Source: Ministeria vibrans ATCC 50519 | Taxonomy: Eukaryota; Protista; Filasterea | DNA: 64,000 bases | Direction: 5' to 3' | Assembly (NCBI GenBank): GCA_943704425.1 | Contig: CALSCP010001980.1 | Location: 17,750 to 81,749, forward strand | Part shown: one piece after another, positions 51,209-64,000 of the stretch | How the letters are laid out: each line of letters begins with the position of its first letter | How positions within the stretch are numbered: position 1 is the first letter of the stretch | Translations under genes and position numbers: made by a program | Notes under the pieces: model-generated | Told to the model about the DNA's origin: nothing | Databases searched by the model: none | Seen by the model: only the letters and a program-made list of their open reading frames with translations

Positions 51209-53251
51209 ATGCGTGAAATGGTGTTTTTTCTGTTGAAAATGGGCAGAAAGTTGGGGCGTCTTGTCTTTGAGGTATGAAACACAACTTCTCATCAGGAAAC
51301 AGTCTCAATCGTCCCGTATTCATTGTGGTGTGCATAGCTGCGCAATGACAAGGCTCCCAACTTGTGTGGTACGCATTTGGATCAAGCATACTGTCAAGAA
51401 GTTGTCTATATTCGCGCTGGTTGTCGTCTCATGGCGTTTGGCTATGCTTAGAGAACTTTGTGCGCCTCTGCGACGGCTCTGCCAAGCCCACGTTCACAGA
51501 CACGAGGTTCTTTCGCATCACTGAATACGTTGCGCAAGGGGGTGACACTGTCAAGGACGATGGAAGCAGTAAGCAGAGTCTGTTCAATGAATGCCCGAAT
51601 TCCCTCGTTCATGTTATGGGTGTCACTCACATATACACAGAGTATATGATGATGTATATTGCTATAGCACTCACCACAGACACCACAGACACACACACAC
51701 AAATATACTCACTCACTCACTTACTCCCTCTCTTACTCACATCTCATTGTTTTCTGTCAGGTGGCGAATCAGCGCTTCGCAGACCACTTGCGCCCGAGTG
51801 GACCGGATTAAAGCACGTCAGTACGTGAACAACTCGAATAATGACACAAGTACCACCACCACCCTCTGATTCTTCGTGATTTCTATGCTTTTCTTGCTTT
51901 CTCTTGCCAGAGGGATCTCTTTCCATGACAAAAGGTGAGAGTTTAACGTAGCTCGGTATAAAAAGTCGGTCTGATCAACGCCACTTCATTATAGCACCAC
52001 TTCGGGAAAAGAGTATTCGATCTCAATTTTTTATTACACTCTGCGACGAGGCGCCGTGGCTTGACGGAAAGCATCCTGTGATCGGAAACCTCGTGCAAGG
52101 CCATCAATATCTTGACGAAGTACGAACGCGCATGTCATGTTCGTCTTTTGCTTTTTGTTGGCTGTTTACGATGTGTGTGTGTGTGTGTGTGTGTGTTTGT
52201 TTGCTTTTAGTTGGCCAAGTTTGCGACGGAGAAGGGGAAGCCACGAATGCCGGTGTTTATTACAATCAGTGGTATCTGTCGGTATCATCCTATTGTGTGG
52301 AAGAAGTACCCGGCGATCACTGCCGAATACGCGCGATCGCGAGTGGGCCCTGAGTTGGCGTTTATGGCGGATCGGCTTGAGGAATTGGAAAAGGACCGAG
52401 TGGAGCATGATCAGGTATAAGAGTGTTTGAAAGAGACTACGACACTATGCCCAAACACAAACATGATCTCTCTTTCGAATCGCTCAATACGCACACACAC
52501 AGACACACACACACACTTCTTAATTCACTCACTCACTCGCTCACTCATCATCATTATCATCTCTATCTCACACACATACTTGCCGCTGATACTTTGGTAG
52601 CTGGAAAGTCTGATGAAGCGGGGCCACCTTCAAGCGATGCAACTGCGAAACAGAAACGGGTTGAAGCGCATGATCGAGGTACCCGAGTCGGAAGAAGAGG
52701 AGCAACTGCGGAAAAAGGTGCAGAAGAAGATGGCAGGGAGTTGGTTGTTTAAGCAGTTTGATGAGATGGAGCGCGATGAGCAGTACGAAATTCAAAAGGC
52801 AATAACGTATGTGGCCAACGACGGGCAATGGTTTTGGAATGGCGGCCGGATAGTGGAGCACGGCGAGTTTGATGAGTCGCCCGAGCTGGTACAAAAGGAG
52901 GCAAGACTGGCGCAGGAGAGATGGAAGGGGCCTGGGCTGGATACTGGAGAAGCTAACGACGACGTTGGAAGCAGTGGGGGCACTGAAGGAACAAGTGGGA
53001 GACGTGGAAGTACTGAGGGAACAAGCGGGAGCAGAGAAAGCGCTGAGGGAACAAGCAGGAGCAGTGAGAACACTGAAAAGGCACTGGAAGGAGAGAAGAA
53101 AGGAAAGAAGAGAGGAAAAGCAGCCCCAAAGGGAAAACGAAGCGCAGCCAAGTCGAAAGAAACGGACCCGTTGACTGAGGCACCGAAGGAAGTGCCAAAG
53201 AAGCGACGCGGAAGACCTCCAAAGAAAAAACCAGATCAAGGCGTCCAATAA
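51209..53251 (+). CDS. Divergent cyclophilin-type PPIase with C-terminal coiled coil, 10-aa repeats and AT-hook
   Basis: LGRLVFEL..DKAP..CENFVRLC, FFRI...QGGD, SQFFITL...WLDGKHPVIG; C-terminal KKRRGRPPKKK. Confidence 0.8.
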
Positions 53252-53318
53252 CACACACACACACACACACACATACTCACATACTCACTCACTATATAAA
53301 GAATCTTGTAATTATCCG

Positions 53319-54363
53319 TCATTTTGAATGAGAGGCAAATATGGACGCGAGGTCATTGCTCCTGGCCTCCTCATGAGTGGGCATGACCATGGACAAGGGC
53401 CCTACGTGAGCCAGAACGGCCTCCACTGCTGTGTTAATCGCACTCCCGACGACGTGTCCACCCGATGGCGTCAGGTGCAGCCCGTCGTTGAGATACACCG
53501 ATGCCCATTCGTCGTTTGAGTCCTACACACAGCGGTTGCAATAAATAATCATTAATAATTATTATTATTTATTCTCTCATTGTGAGGGAACTTCTGCAGC
53601 TGGCTTACTTGTAATTGTTGCCAAAGGTTTACGGACAGCGTTCCTTCGCTCTGCGCCACTTCTACGCCCATTTTCGCATACTCACTAAAATAAATAATAA
53701 TTAGAAGTAGACGAAGACATTACCAATATTATCAATCACACAGAAAATATAAATTGAAGTATGGAGGAGAAACTATGATTGATGCTCCTTTCTGTGTTTC
53801 TCTACCCTGTGACAGCGTTTTTGCGCCACTCTCTGCGACTGTCGTCGATGGGTGGCGGAGTGACAAGGATGATGGACTTTCGATCGATGCCCAATTTCTG
53901 AAAAAAGGCGATAATCACTCGCAGATTGTGGGCATATTCATCAAGAGGAATGTGTTGAATGGAGCCGGGAATGGCGGCGTCGTTGGCGCCGAAGAAGACC
54001 ACAACGGCGACGGTGTTGCGCAGGGATCCTGGCGGAAACAGCAGAGGCAAGGAGGCGCAGGCGTTGCGCGTTGTGTAGCCCGAGAGACCGCGACGGACTA
54101 TGTCGACTTCGCGTTGTCGCCCCTGCGCGATTTCTGGGGAGAATATGGAGGCAGAGAGGGACGTATGAGAAGGAGGATAGGCTGCACACGCACCACACAC
54201 CGGTTGCCCAGGCCCCGTTGGCCGGCAATAGAGACTGTTGCGTGATACTATCGCCGAAGAGCAAAATTTGTTTGAACTCGTTCGACCACGATCGCGATCC
54301 TTGATGAAACGGCGCTGCGCTCTGCTCGATGAGCTTCTGAGCCACCTCGCTCACACTAGACAT
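53319..54363 (-). CDS. IAH1: SGNH/GDSL esterase IAH1 (4 exons)
   Basis: LFGDSITQ, RGLSGYTT, FFGANDA, LVTPPP, DGLHL. Confidence 0.92.
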
Positions 54364-54688
54364 TGAATAAAGAGAGAAAAGATGACTAAATTTACAAATG
54401 AAGCGAAAAGTTTGCGAAAAGTTTAGACATTAGATATCGCTCTTGCTCTGTCTCCCTTTGAGACCCTTTCCTCCAACATTGCTCAAGTTGGTCTTGTCAC
54501 TCTTGTCCAATCCACTTCACACCTACCCATTAACCATAAATAAGCCATAAGGCCCAATGGGCTTGATCGATCCACGGTGGATTGGAAGGGGGTTGTCATT
54601 GATTATTCAACGGGCGTTCTATTAATAAAATATAATAATAATAATAATAATACTAATTTTTCTTGCCGATCTGGGTGTCACAGCGTCA

Positions 54689-57077
54689 ATGGACGAGTGG
54701 CTCAAAAGCCAAAATTTGGCGGCCCACGCGGAGAAGCTCAAAGCGGCAGGCTTTGACACGTTGGAGAAGCTTGCGAGGATAACAGCGCCCGACGCGAAAG
54801 CGGCCGGGCTGCTTGCGGGGCACGCGAAGAAAGTCAGTGTCGCTGCCAAGCAACTTTTGTCGAAAGTGGTTGTGGAGGACGACAGCGTCGAGGGGGTCGC
54901 AGTTGCGCGGGTCCCACGGGACGCTGACGCCAGTGGTGAGCCGCCCCGCGCGGTGGTGCGCGAGTCTGACGCGCTGTTTGGGCTGGATGAGCTCAACAAG
55001 ATGACGTGCGACTTGGACCAACTCCAGCGCACTCTTTCAACCAACGCGCGTTTCAGCTCGGCCGAGCCCACCTTTGCGGAGATTGCCAACGAAGTGGACA
55101 TCAACGCCATCATGACCGATCCGGACGCGCTCGTTGTCGACGGCGAGGCTGACTACTTCGGAGACGATCCAGTCACCGGCCCTGCTCCACCTGACGTTGC
55201 CGCTGCTGCGCCCGACGACACCTCGCCGTCGTCGCGCGCCAGCAAGCGTCAATCTCGCAAGGCATCCACAGTTGCTGCGCGCGGCGTCAGCCCTGGTCCC
55301 ATTACAGAAATCCGCCGTGCCGCACCGCAATCGCCCACTGTGGTTCCCCTCCACCAAAACTCAAAGCTCGTCATTCTGAACGGCGAATGCGGGATGGCAC
55401 CGGAAGGCACCGTCTTCCACGAGGCAGCGCTTAAAAGCAAGCAGGAAAGCATCCGCGAAGCCCTGCGCAAAATGGAAGCAGCACAACGGCAGTCACTCAC
55501 GATCCAAGTGCTGCGCGAGGACACCGGAGACCGCCTTGAGGAACACGAGATTGACTCTACCATGGACGCACGCGCTGCCCTGAACCACATTGTGGGTTCT
55601 AAGCGCGCCAACAGTGGCGCTGAGTGTGCTCTCGTTGAGTGTGTTCCCTCCTTGGGTTTGGGTCAGTGTGTGCACAATCAGTGGATAGGCCATTGTTTAC
55701 AAAATTGTACGTGTCTGTGTGTTGCTGTGTAGAGAGGCTTTTGGAAGACTTTGAGAACGTGTCATCGTGCCAAAAACTGTGGGGTTTAGAGGTAAAAAGA
55801 AGCAAAAATCAGCTAAGCTTAGCCCTAATCCTATTCCAACTCTGGTCACAGGTGTCGTCTACTCTGCAATGGAGTGTACGCACACACCCCTCGCGGTACA
55901 GTCTGCCAGCACCACATGCACTGCGGTTTGGCGCAACCCTTCACGACTCATTTGCGCCACAATCGCTTCCCGTTCAGGCCCGTCTGGGTGTGCGTCCCTT
56001 CTCAGCCCGCACTGCCCGCCTCAGACCCCTTTGGGTGGTCGTGCATGATTCTGCCATTTACTGTCGCAAGGCAGAGGAAAAGGTGCCTCCCTCTCATGCG
56101 CATTCCATATTGTGTGTGTGTGTGTGTCTCTCTCTCTCTTTGTGACTTAGATAAGTTTTTCTACCGATCTATCTATCTCTATTTATCTATTTATCTCTAT
56201 CTCTATTGTTTGTGATATGGTTTACAATTGATTCACTCACTCTGTGTGTGCGATTAGGGGGAGGAAGAGCTGATGTTTAATTTGGCGGATCATGAGCTCT
56301 CATTGGCACTCGATCAGTTTGATCGAAACAAAATCTTACTCAATCACTGTTTCTGGTAACAATAAGATCCTCTGAACTATCATTTAGACACACACACACA
56401 CACACACTGAATCGTGCATCCTCTCCAACTCAACTTTCTCTGGCTTATGTTTAGTATTCGTCCGACTCGTTCGTTTGATTCTTCTACAATGACTCTCTTC
56501 AAGTGTGAGTCTGAGGATATGCTCACCCTGTTTATTTTGGCAATAAGAATTGCAAAGGTATGTAAAAAAGTCTTTGATTATTGTGTCAACAACAAACTTA
56601 CGCATTTGCTCATTTTTATCTCAATTACTCAGTCACTAACTCACATACCACTTCAGCTATTCAAACTACTTATTGAAACACACACACACCATTCACATAT
56701 CATTTACTCTGTGTAGCACGGGATACTGCTTAAGCGTGCATGGGAGACATGGATCCCTCCTGCAGCCGTAGTCAGCACAGCGCATGAGCGCACGCTGGTC
56801 TCCGGCACACCCACTGCCACGGGAGCGACTGGCGTCCGCGCGTCGGGTACCCAGAGTGACAGTGACAGTGAGTATTCCAGTGTTTATGATGGCAGTTCGT
56901 CCGGTGGTGGTGGTGGTGGTGGTGTTCTCAGCTCATTCATCACCCACCAGAAGCTCATGGGAATGCTCCTCAGCGAAGAAGACAACACAGCCACCACCTC
57001 AACCTCTTCTACTAGTGATACTACTACTAGTGCTACTACTACTAGTGCTACTACTACTAGTGCTACTACTACTAGTG

Positions 57078-57111
<34 letters not shown>

Positions 57112-57409
57112 GCCTGCGCCTGTGCTTGCCCCCATCATGACTCCTCCAGCTCATTCATCTCTCGCCCCCCTTCCTGTCAAGGTGCCCCTTCGCCCTTCGT
57201 CGACCCCTCCCGCCGCTCCTCCTCGCACCGTCATTCCTCTCCCCTCCTCCTCCATCCCTACCACCAACAAGCCCCCCACTGCCCCCCCCAAGCGACGTCC
57301 TCCTTCTTTCGTCCTTCCCCCTGTTCCCTCTCGGGCTTCTCCTCCTTCCCTAACTGACCCCCCTGCTCCCTCCTATGTCCCTCCACCCCTCTTTGGTCCC
57401 CCCCAATAA
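54689..57409 (+). CDS. MRL-family (RIAM/lamellipodin) RA-PH adaptor with N-terminal SAM-like domain and Pro-rich tail
   Basis: KQESIREALRKMEAA (coiled coil); ALVECVPSLGLERLLEDFENV (RA); FILAIRIAKHG (PH end, cf. GIRIAKYG); N-terminal EWLKSQNL...GFDTLE...GH SAM pattern. Confidence 0.8.
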
Positions 57410-57477
57410 TCTATGTCTCTCTTTTGCTCTTTCATGAAAACCATTTTTGTACATTCATTTCTTCACGTCGCTCGACG

Positions 57478-58267
57478 CTACTTCTTTGACTTTTTCGACT
57501 TCTTCTTCTTGGCCGGGGTGCTCTCCTTCTCCCCCTCCTCCTCGTCGTCGTCGTCCTCCTCCCTCTCGCGCTTCTCCTTCTTCTTCTTCTTCTTCGTCTT
57601 GTCCTTCTTCTCGCCGTCGTCGCCCTCCAGCGCGTGCTTGACAAAGCGTCCTGCCGCCGCCTTGTCCACCCTGAGCGCACGCCCTTGCTCGTCCGCACTG
57701 CCGCCCGTCGCTGCTTGCTCTGCCGCCCGCAGCTTCTTCATGTACGACTGGATTCGGTCCAGCTCCGCCTTGACCGGGTGCTGCTGTGGCGTAATGCCCT
57801 GCGTGCCGAGAAGAATCGGTATGTGAAGAAAAATTGAGAGGATAAAAAACCGAAATTCGTTCCGTACTGTCGTTGCCAGATGCATGAAGAAGAGTGCGTT
57901 GGACGTGTAGGCAAGTACAAGCTCTAGTCTCGCTCGCTCCAGCGGGGAGGGGAGTGAGGCTTTGCGCTGGGCAAGAGGAAGCTACACGCACGAGACATCA
58001 ATGCGCACACTCACACACACTTCCAGACACACACACACACACACACACACGCACGCACACACGGAGTTACATACACACACTTACATACACACTTACGCAC
58101 ACTTACACACACACTTACACACACATTCATACACACACACACAGACAAAACCTTACAGAGAGGATCGGCTGGAGCGTCTCCTCCAGCGTCTGTATGGACG
58201 ACTCCACATTGTCCAACTGCGCACGAACGTCACTCATGACGGCTTCAACATCTTCCTCTCCGCTCAT
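57478..58267 (-). CDS. C1D: C1D/Rrp47 nuclear exosome cofactor (3 exons)
   Basis: PLERARLELVLAYTSNALFFMHLAT|GITP..HPVKAELDRIQSYMKK, RVDKAAAGRFVKHAL. Confidence 0.92.
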
Positions 58268-58388
58268 TTTTCAAGATGCAAAAAAAGGTTAGTGGTCGAG
58301 GAGAGTCGGGACAGAACGCGTGGGCGATCCGATCAATTGAACGAGTGATGATTGAATACTTTTGATCTTATTAGCGACACAATTTTGA

Positions 58389-60134
<1,746 letters not shown>

Positions 60135-60410
60135 GGTATATTTGTTGTATTGTGTGTTACTCACACTCACATCAGATATGGCTTATTAGTTATTGAAGGA
60201 GCAGTGCTCGTCTGGTCGGCACAGCGGGTGTTCTTGGGGCAGCGGTGTATTTGTAAAGTGTGTGTATATATAAGTCAACAATTTTAGAAACAGTCACAGA
60301 CTCAGTCACTACTCACTGGACTTTTTTTTATTATTATTATCACCCGGGCTTCTTTCGGCATTCAACTGACTTAAACTGCGCCTGGTCGCGCGGGAGGGTC
60401 TCGTTGCGGC

Positions 60411-61542
60411 ATGTCCAAGGTTGCTCCAGCACAGCCCACGGCCGCCCTTGAATGGGGCTTCTTCACCGCCCTCACCCACTTCGCCGAGACCCATTCTTGC
60501 CAGAGAGCTTCACCTTGCGCCGAGTGTTGCCCTGACCATCGGTGCGCCAGTCTGAAGCATTTTGTCCTTGCAGGTAGAAAGAAGATGTGAAAGTTCATTC
60601 GACAATCCCTTTTTGGACCGCCTCGCTTGCCCAGTGCTCACCCCACCGCATGTTTGTCTGGCTCAGTCATCCAGCGCAGCAAGGTGTCCACTTCGGCCGT
60701 TCTCGTGGCGCTTCTCTACGTGCGTCTGGCGTCGCAGCAGTCGCTCGACGTCGCCGCCCTCCTCCCCGCCTGCCCCATCCCTGGAACCACCTGTGGCGCC
60801 TGCAAGTTTCTCACCGCCCTCATGTTGAGCTCGCAGTTTCTCTTCGACAAGGTACGCCCCTGCTCTGCCCTTCCTTCGTCCCTTTCCTTTCCTCTTTGTC
60901 TCCGTCGGTGTGTAAAACTTGGGGAGAATCGGCGCGCGCCACCACTGGCCAATGCGAAGCACTTTTCCCCTCTCTCCAGTCTCTATTCGTTTCCAGATCC
61001 TTCTTTTATGCGTATTCGTGTGTCGCGGAGCACAATACCCCCTCTGCTTAAGCGTTTTTTTCACCGGTGTCTCAACAGACCCCAGTTTCGCTTTTTTTTT
61101 TCTTTTTTTTTTTCTGCCTTACTCTGTGGTTTTCTCACGCGCGTCGCCACCCCCGATCTCCCACGTATGCATCGAGAGCCTTTTCCACGCTGGGAACGGC
61201 ATCGTTGTGTTTGCGACGACCGATGTTTTGGGAGTTGTTCGCTCGCTCAGCTGACTGACTGCCGTGCGTTGTGTGTAGTCTCCGGGCCTTCAGTACTGGT
61301 GTGACGTGGGTGCGACAACCAAAGCACGTCTCGTCAAGTGCCAAATGGACCTTCTGTACGTTTGTGTTCGTCTTTTTGTCACGTTTGCTTGTGTATATAT
61401 TGACATGCTCGTTGTTGTAGCATTGCACTAGACTATCGCCTGCACATACCCGCGGCAACCTTTGCCCTGTGGCATCATGCTTATGCCTCTGAATTGGCGG
61501 AGACACGAGAGTTGCTGCGACAACAGCGACAAGAGCACACTC

Positions 61543-61594
<52 letters not shown>

Positions 61595-62099
61595 CCGACG
61601 GCACGACACTGACACTGCCACTGTTGCTGCTGCACTGCCACCACAACCATCACTGCAACCCACCGTAGCAGTACACAGCACTCCTCAGGGCATCGTTGCT
61701 GGCGACGATTCAACCCTTTTCTTTACTGCACGCAGTCCCTCCACTGCGCGAAGTCCCTCCACCGAACCTTCCACCTCCTTCTCCTCCCGTCACTTCTTGT
61801 CCTCCTCCCGTCACTCCTCCTCCTCCTCCTCCCATCACTCCTTCTCCTCCTCTCGTCAATCCTCCTCCTCCTCCTTTCTCGCCATCGATGACAACCCCCC
61901 AGAGGCTCTCAAGCGCAAGGCTTCCGTGGATCTCAGCTCACTCATTCTCGAGCCCCTCTCAAAATCCAACCTTCGCACTCTCTCCTCCTCTTCCTACCCA
62001 CTCGAGGGCTTTCTCTCCCCCAGTCCCCTTCCCCTCACCCCTCTTCCCTCCATTTTGCTTTCTTCTCACGATGCCCCTATAACCACTATTCCGCTCTAA
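60411..62099 (+). CDS. Pho80/Pcl-family cyclin with Asn/Ser-rich tail; exons ~60411-60573, 60667-60851, 61279-61355, 61421-62099
   Basis: VIQRSKVSTSAVLVALLYV, CGACKFLTALMLSSQFLFD, LLIALDYRLHI. Confidence 0.75.
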
Positions 62100-62349
62100 C
62101 TTTACTTTGACAGTAAACACAACAATCATAATAATTATTATTAGTAATATGGTGCACTGGGGACTGCCGTGTACAGGACCTACCTGTGTCTCCGTGTATT
62201 CTTCTCATGTGTGTATCAGTGGGTCTATGGGCTTCTTTCTATTTCATCTTGTTTTGACATTGAGTTCAGCTCTCGATTCTCTATTAATTATTTCTTGTTT
62301 CGTTTGTGATTGATAATAAATTGGACTTCAATTATTTTTCATCCGTACC

Positions 62350-62853
62350 ATGTCAAACATTCCCGATTCGTGGGAGGACGTACGTTGGCTCAAAAAATAA
62401 AAGTGAGACAGCTGTGAAGATATTCTCTTTTGTAGTGTGTTGAGGAATCAGAGAGTGAAGATGAGAGCAAAATTCAACTCCCACAGTAAAGCACACACAC
62501 ACAGCACACTCACTCTCACGCCGCCCCCTATTGACCACTCCCTCTTTAGTGTTCCGATCCACCCGTCTATGCCGCCCTTGGCGCAAGTGCGCATTCTCGC
62601 TCGGCCCAAAAGTGAAAGTGGAAGGGAAAAGAAAGACGCACTCATCGCGAAACAGACAGACAATACGCCACTCTCTGGACCCGAGCGTGAGGCAATCTAT
62701 CGGAGGGAGAGAGAACGGATCCTGGGAACCGACAGCGCCGCCGATGGAGCAGCAAGGGTCGCCGCACGACCCGCACTCACAGCCGACTCAGACATCGTGC
62801 GTCAACCGCGCGCCCCCGACGCCTCTGAAGGCTTCCAGCTCAAACGAACGTAG
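62350..62853 (+). CDS. SZRD1: SUZ-domain protein SZRD1-like (3 exons)
   Basis: PDSWED, VRILARP, EREAIYRRERERILG, SUZ-C IVRQPRAPDASEGF. Confidence 0.88.
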
Positions 62854-63038
62854 CCGTCCCGGCGTCTCCTCCTCCTCCTCTTCTTCTTTCTCTTCTTCTT
62901 CTTTTGTAAGATTTATTTGTCACATGTAACAATTGAGCGGGTCTTCTCTTTGTCCGATAATACATTCTAGAGTTTTGTTTATTTTTTTTCTCTCTCTCTC
63001 TCGATCGCGCTCTCTCTCTTCAGTTTTGTTTGACTCAC

Positions 63039-63866
63039 TCACAATCCGATTTTGTGCAAATGAAAGTTTCCATCGGCAGTGGCAGTCGCAAAGTAGGCAT
63101 TCTCTTTGACAAAGGAGGCGCAGAGCGAGCGGACGGGACCAAGCTCGACCTTGGCAATGACCTGGCCCGCACGCCAGTTCCATAGGAAGGTGCGCTGGGC
63201 ATCGCCAACACAGAGCACGGAGGAGAGGGTGGGGGTGTCGAGAAAGGCAACGCAGGCGGCGTGCTCGTGCATGAGACTCAGGTGGGGACTGCTTGGCTCG
63301 GTTGTGAGCGCCAGTTTCTCCATGGACCACAACATGAAGGAGGCGCCGTCGCACACCACGAGCAACTGGCTGTCGCTGGACCAGGCAAGCGAGCGCGACA
63401 GCTGGCGCTGCAGACCTCCGTCGGGCAGGCGCATGAGCAGCCGTCGTCGCGGATCCAGCGTGGTTGCCTGGCACAGCAACACGGCGTCTTCAAGGGCGAT
63501 GGCTACGAGGTCGCTCGTGGGGGCCATGCGAACGAGACGCGCCGTCGGGCAGTTGATGCGCGCACGCAGAGTCGACGCAGACCAGTTCCACAGCTGCACC
63601 ACTCCAGCCGCAGTGCACGTGTACAGCTGATCGGGCTCATTCACCACCAACTCCACCGACACACAGGGCCCCGCCAGCCGCAGCTCTGCATCCAGTGCCA
63701 GTGTCACATCCCCTTCCGTGCGCTCCCACACCTGCACTGTGCTCGAGTGCGCACCCGTCACTATCCGGCGGTTGTCCGTCGACATCCGCACATCATGCAC
63801 ACACGCACAGTTGCGCGTCGTCGCCATCTGCTGCATGGTCTGTGTTTCCGTCAGCCACACATAAAT
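63039..63866 (-). CDS. WD40-repeat protein, 3' part (upstream exons beyond the window)
   Basis: IVTGAHSSTVQVW, AGVVQLWNW, LAWSSDSQLLVV, ATATADGNFHL. Confidence 0.8.
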   Translation of the reverse strand: MYVWLTETQTMQQMATTRNCACVHDVRMSTDNRRIVTGAHSSTVQVWERTEGDVTLALDAELRLAGPCVSVELVVNEPDQLYTCTAAGVVQLWNWSASTLRARINCPTARLVRMAPTSDLVAIALEDAVLLCQATTLDPRRRLLMRLPDGGLQRQLSRSLAWSSDSQLLVVCDGASFMLWSMEKLALTTEPSSPHLSLMHEHAACVAFLDTPTLSSVLCVGDAQRTFLWNWRAGQVIAKVELGPVRSLCASFVKENAYFATATADGNFHLHKIGL

Positions 63867-63884
63867 CTAACATCCACAATCGGA

Positions 63885-64000
<116 letters not shown>

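Overview
Gene-dense, intron-rich eukaryotic nuclear DNA from a draft assembly (one ~830-N gap, three 10-N gaps, many CA/GA/TA/AAT microsatellites). About 31 spliced (GT-AG) protein genes or gene fragments can be reconstructed by hand: WDR97-like, mS33, CCT4, JMJD4, ALDH7A1, BAG6, a bZIP factor, rabankyrin-5, NAA35, a TBC RabGAP, RSPH4/6, trifunctional HIS4, a HEXIM-like protein, CNOT3, DRC7, NmrA-like, EXPERA, COMMD3, an orphan, METTL24-like, FBXO7-like, a cyclophilin with AT-hook, IAH1, an MRL (RIAM/lamellipodin) adaptor, C1D, monoamine oxidase, a Pho80/Pcl cyclin, SZRD1 and a WD40 gene. Motile-flagellum genes, fungal-type histidine biosynthesis and animal-type regulators occur together, which suggests (inference) a flagellated unicellular opisthokont, probably a holozoan. 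Most notable: a HEXIM-like P-TEFb regulator with an altered PYNT motif, an MRL adaptor with an extra SAM domain and a talin-binding-like helix, an in-frame NAA35-rabankyrin junction (fusion or assembly collapse), an ATF4-style overlapping uORF on the bZIP gene, a structured long intron in CCT4 and an RT fragment at a gap edge. All homology calls are from recalled motifs, not database searches.
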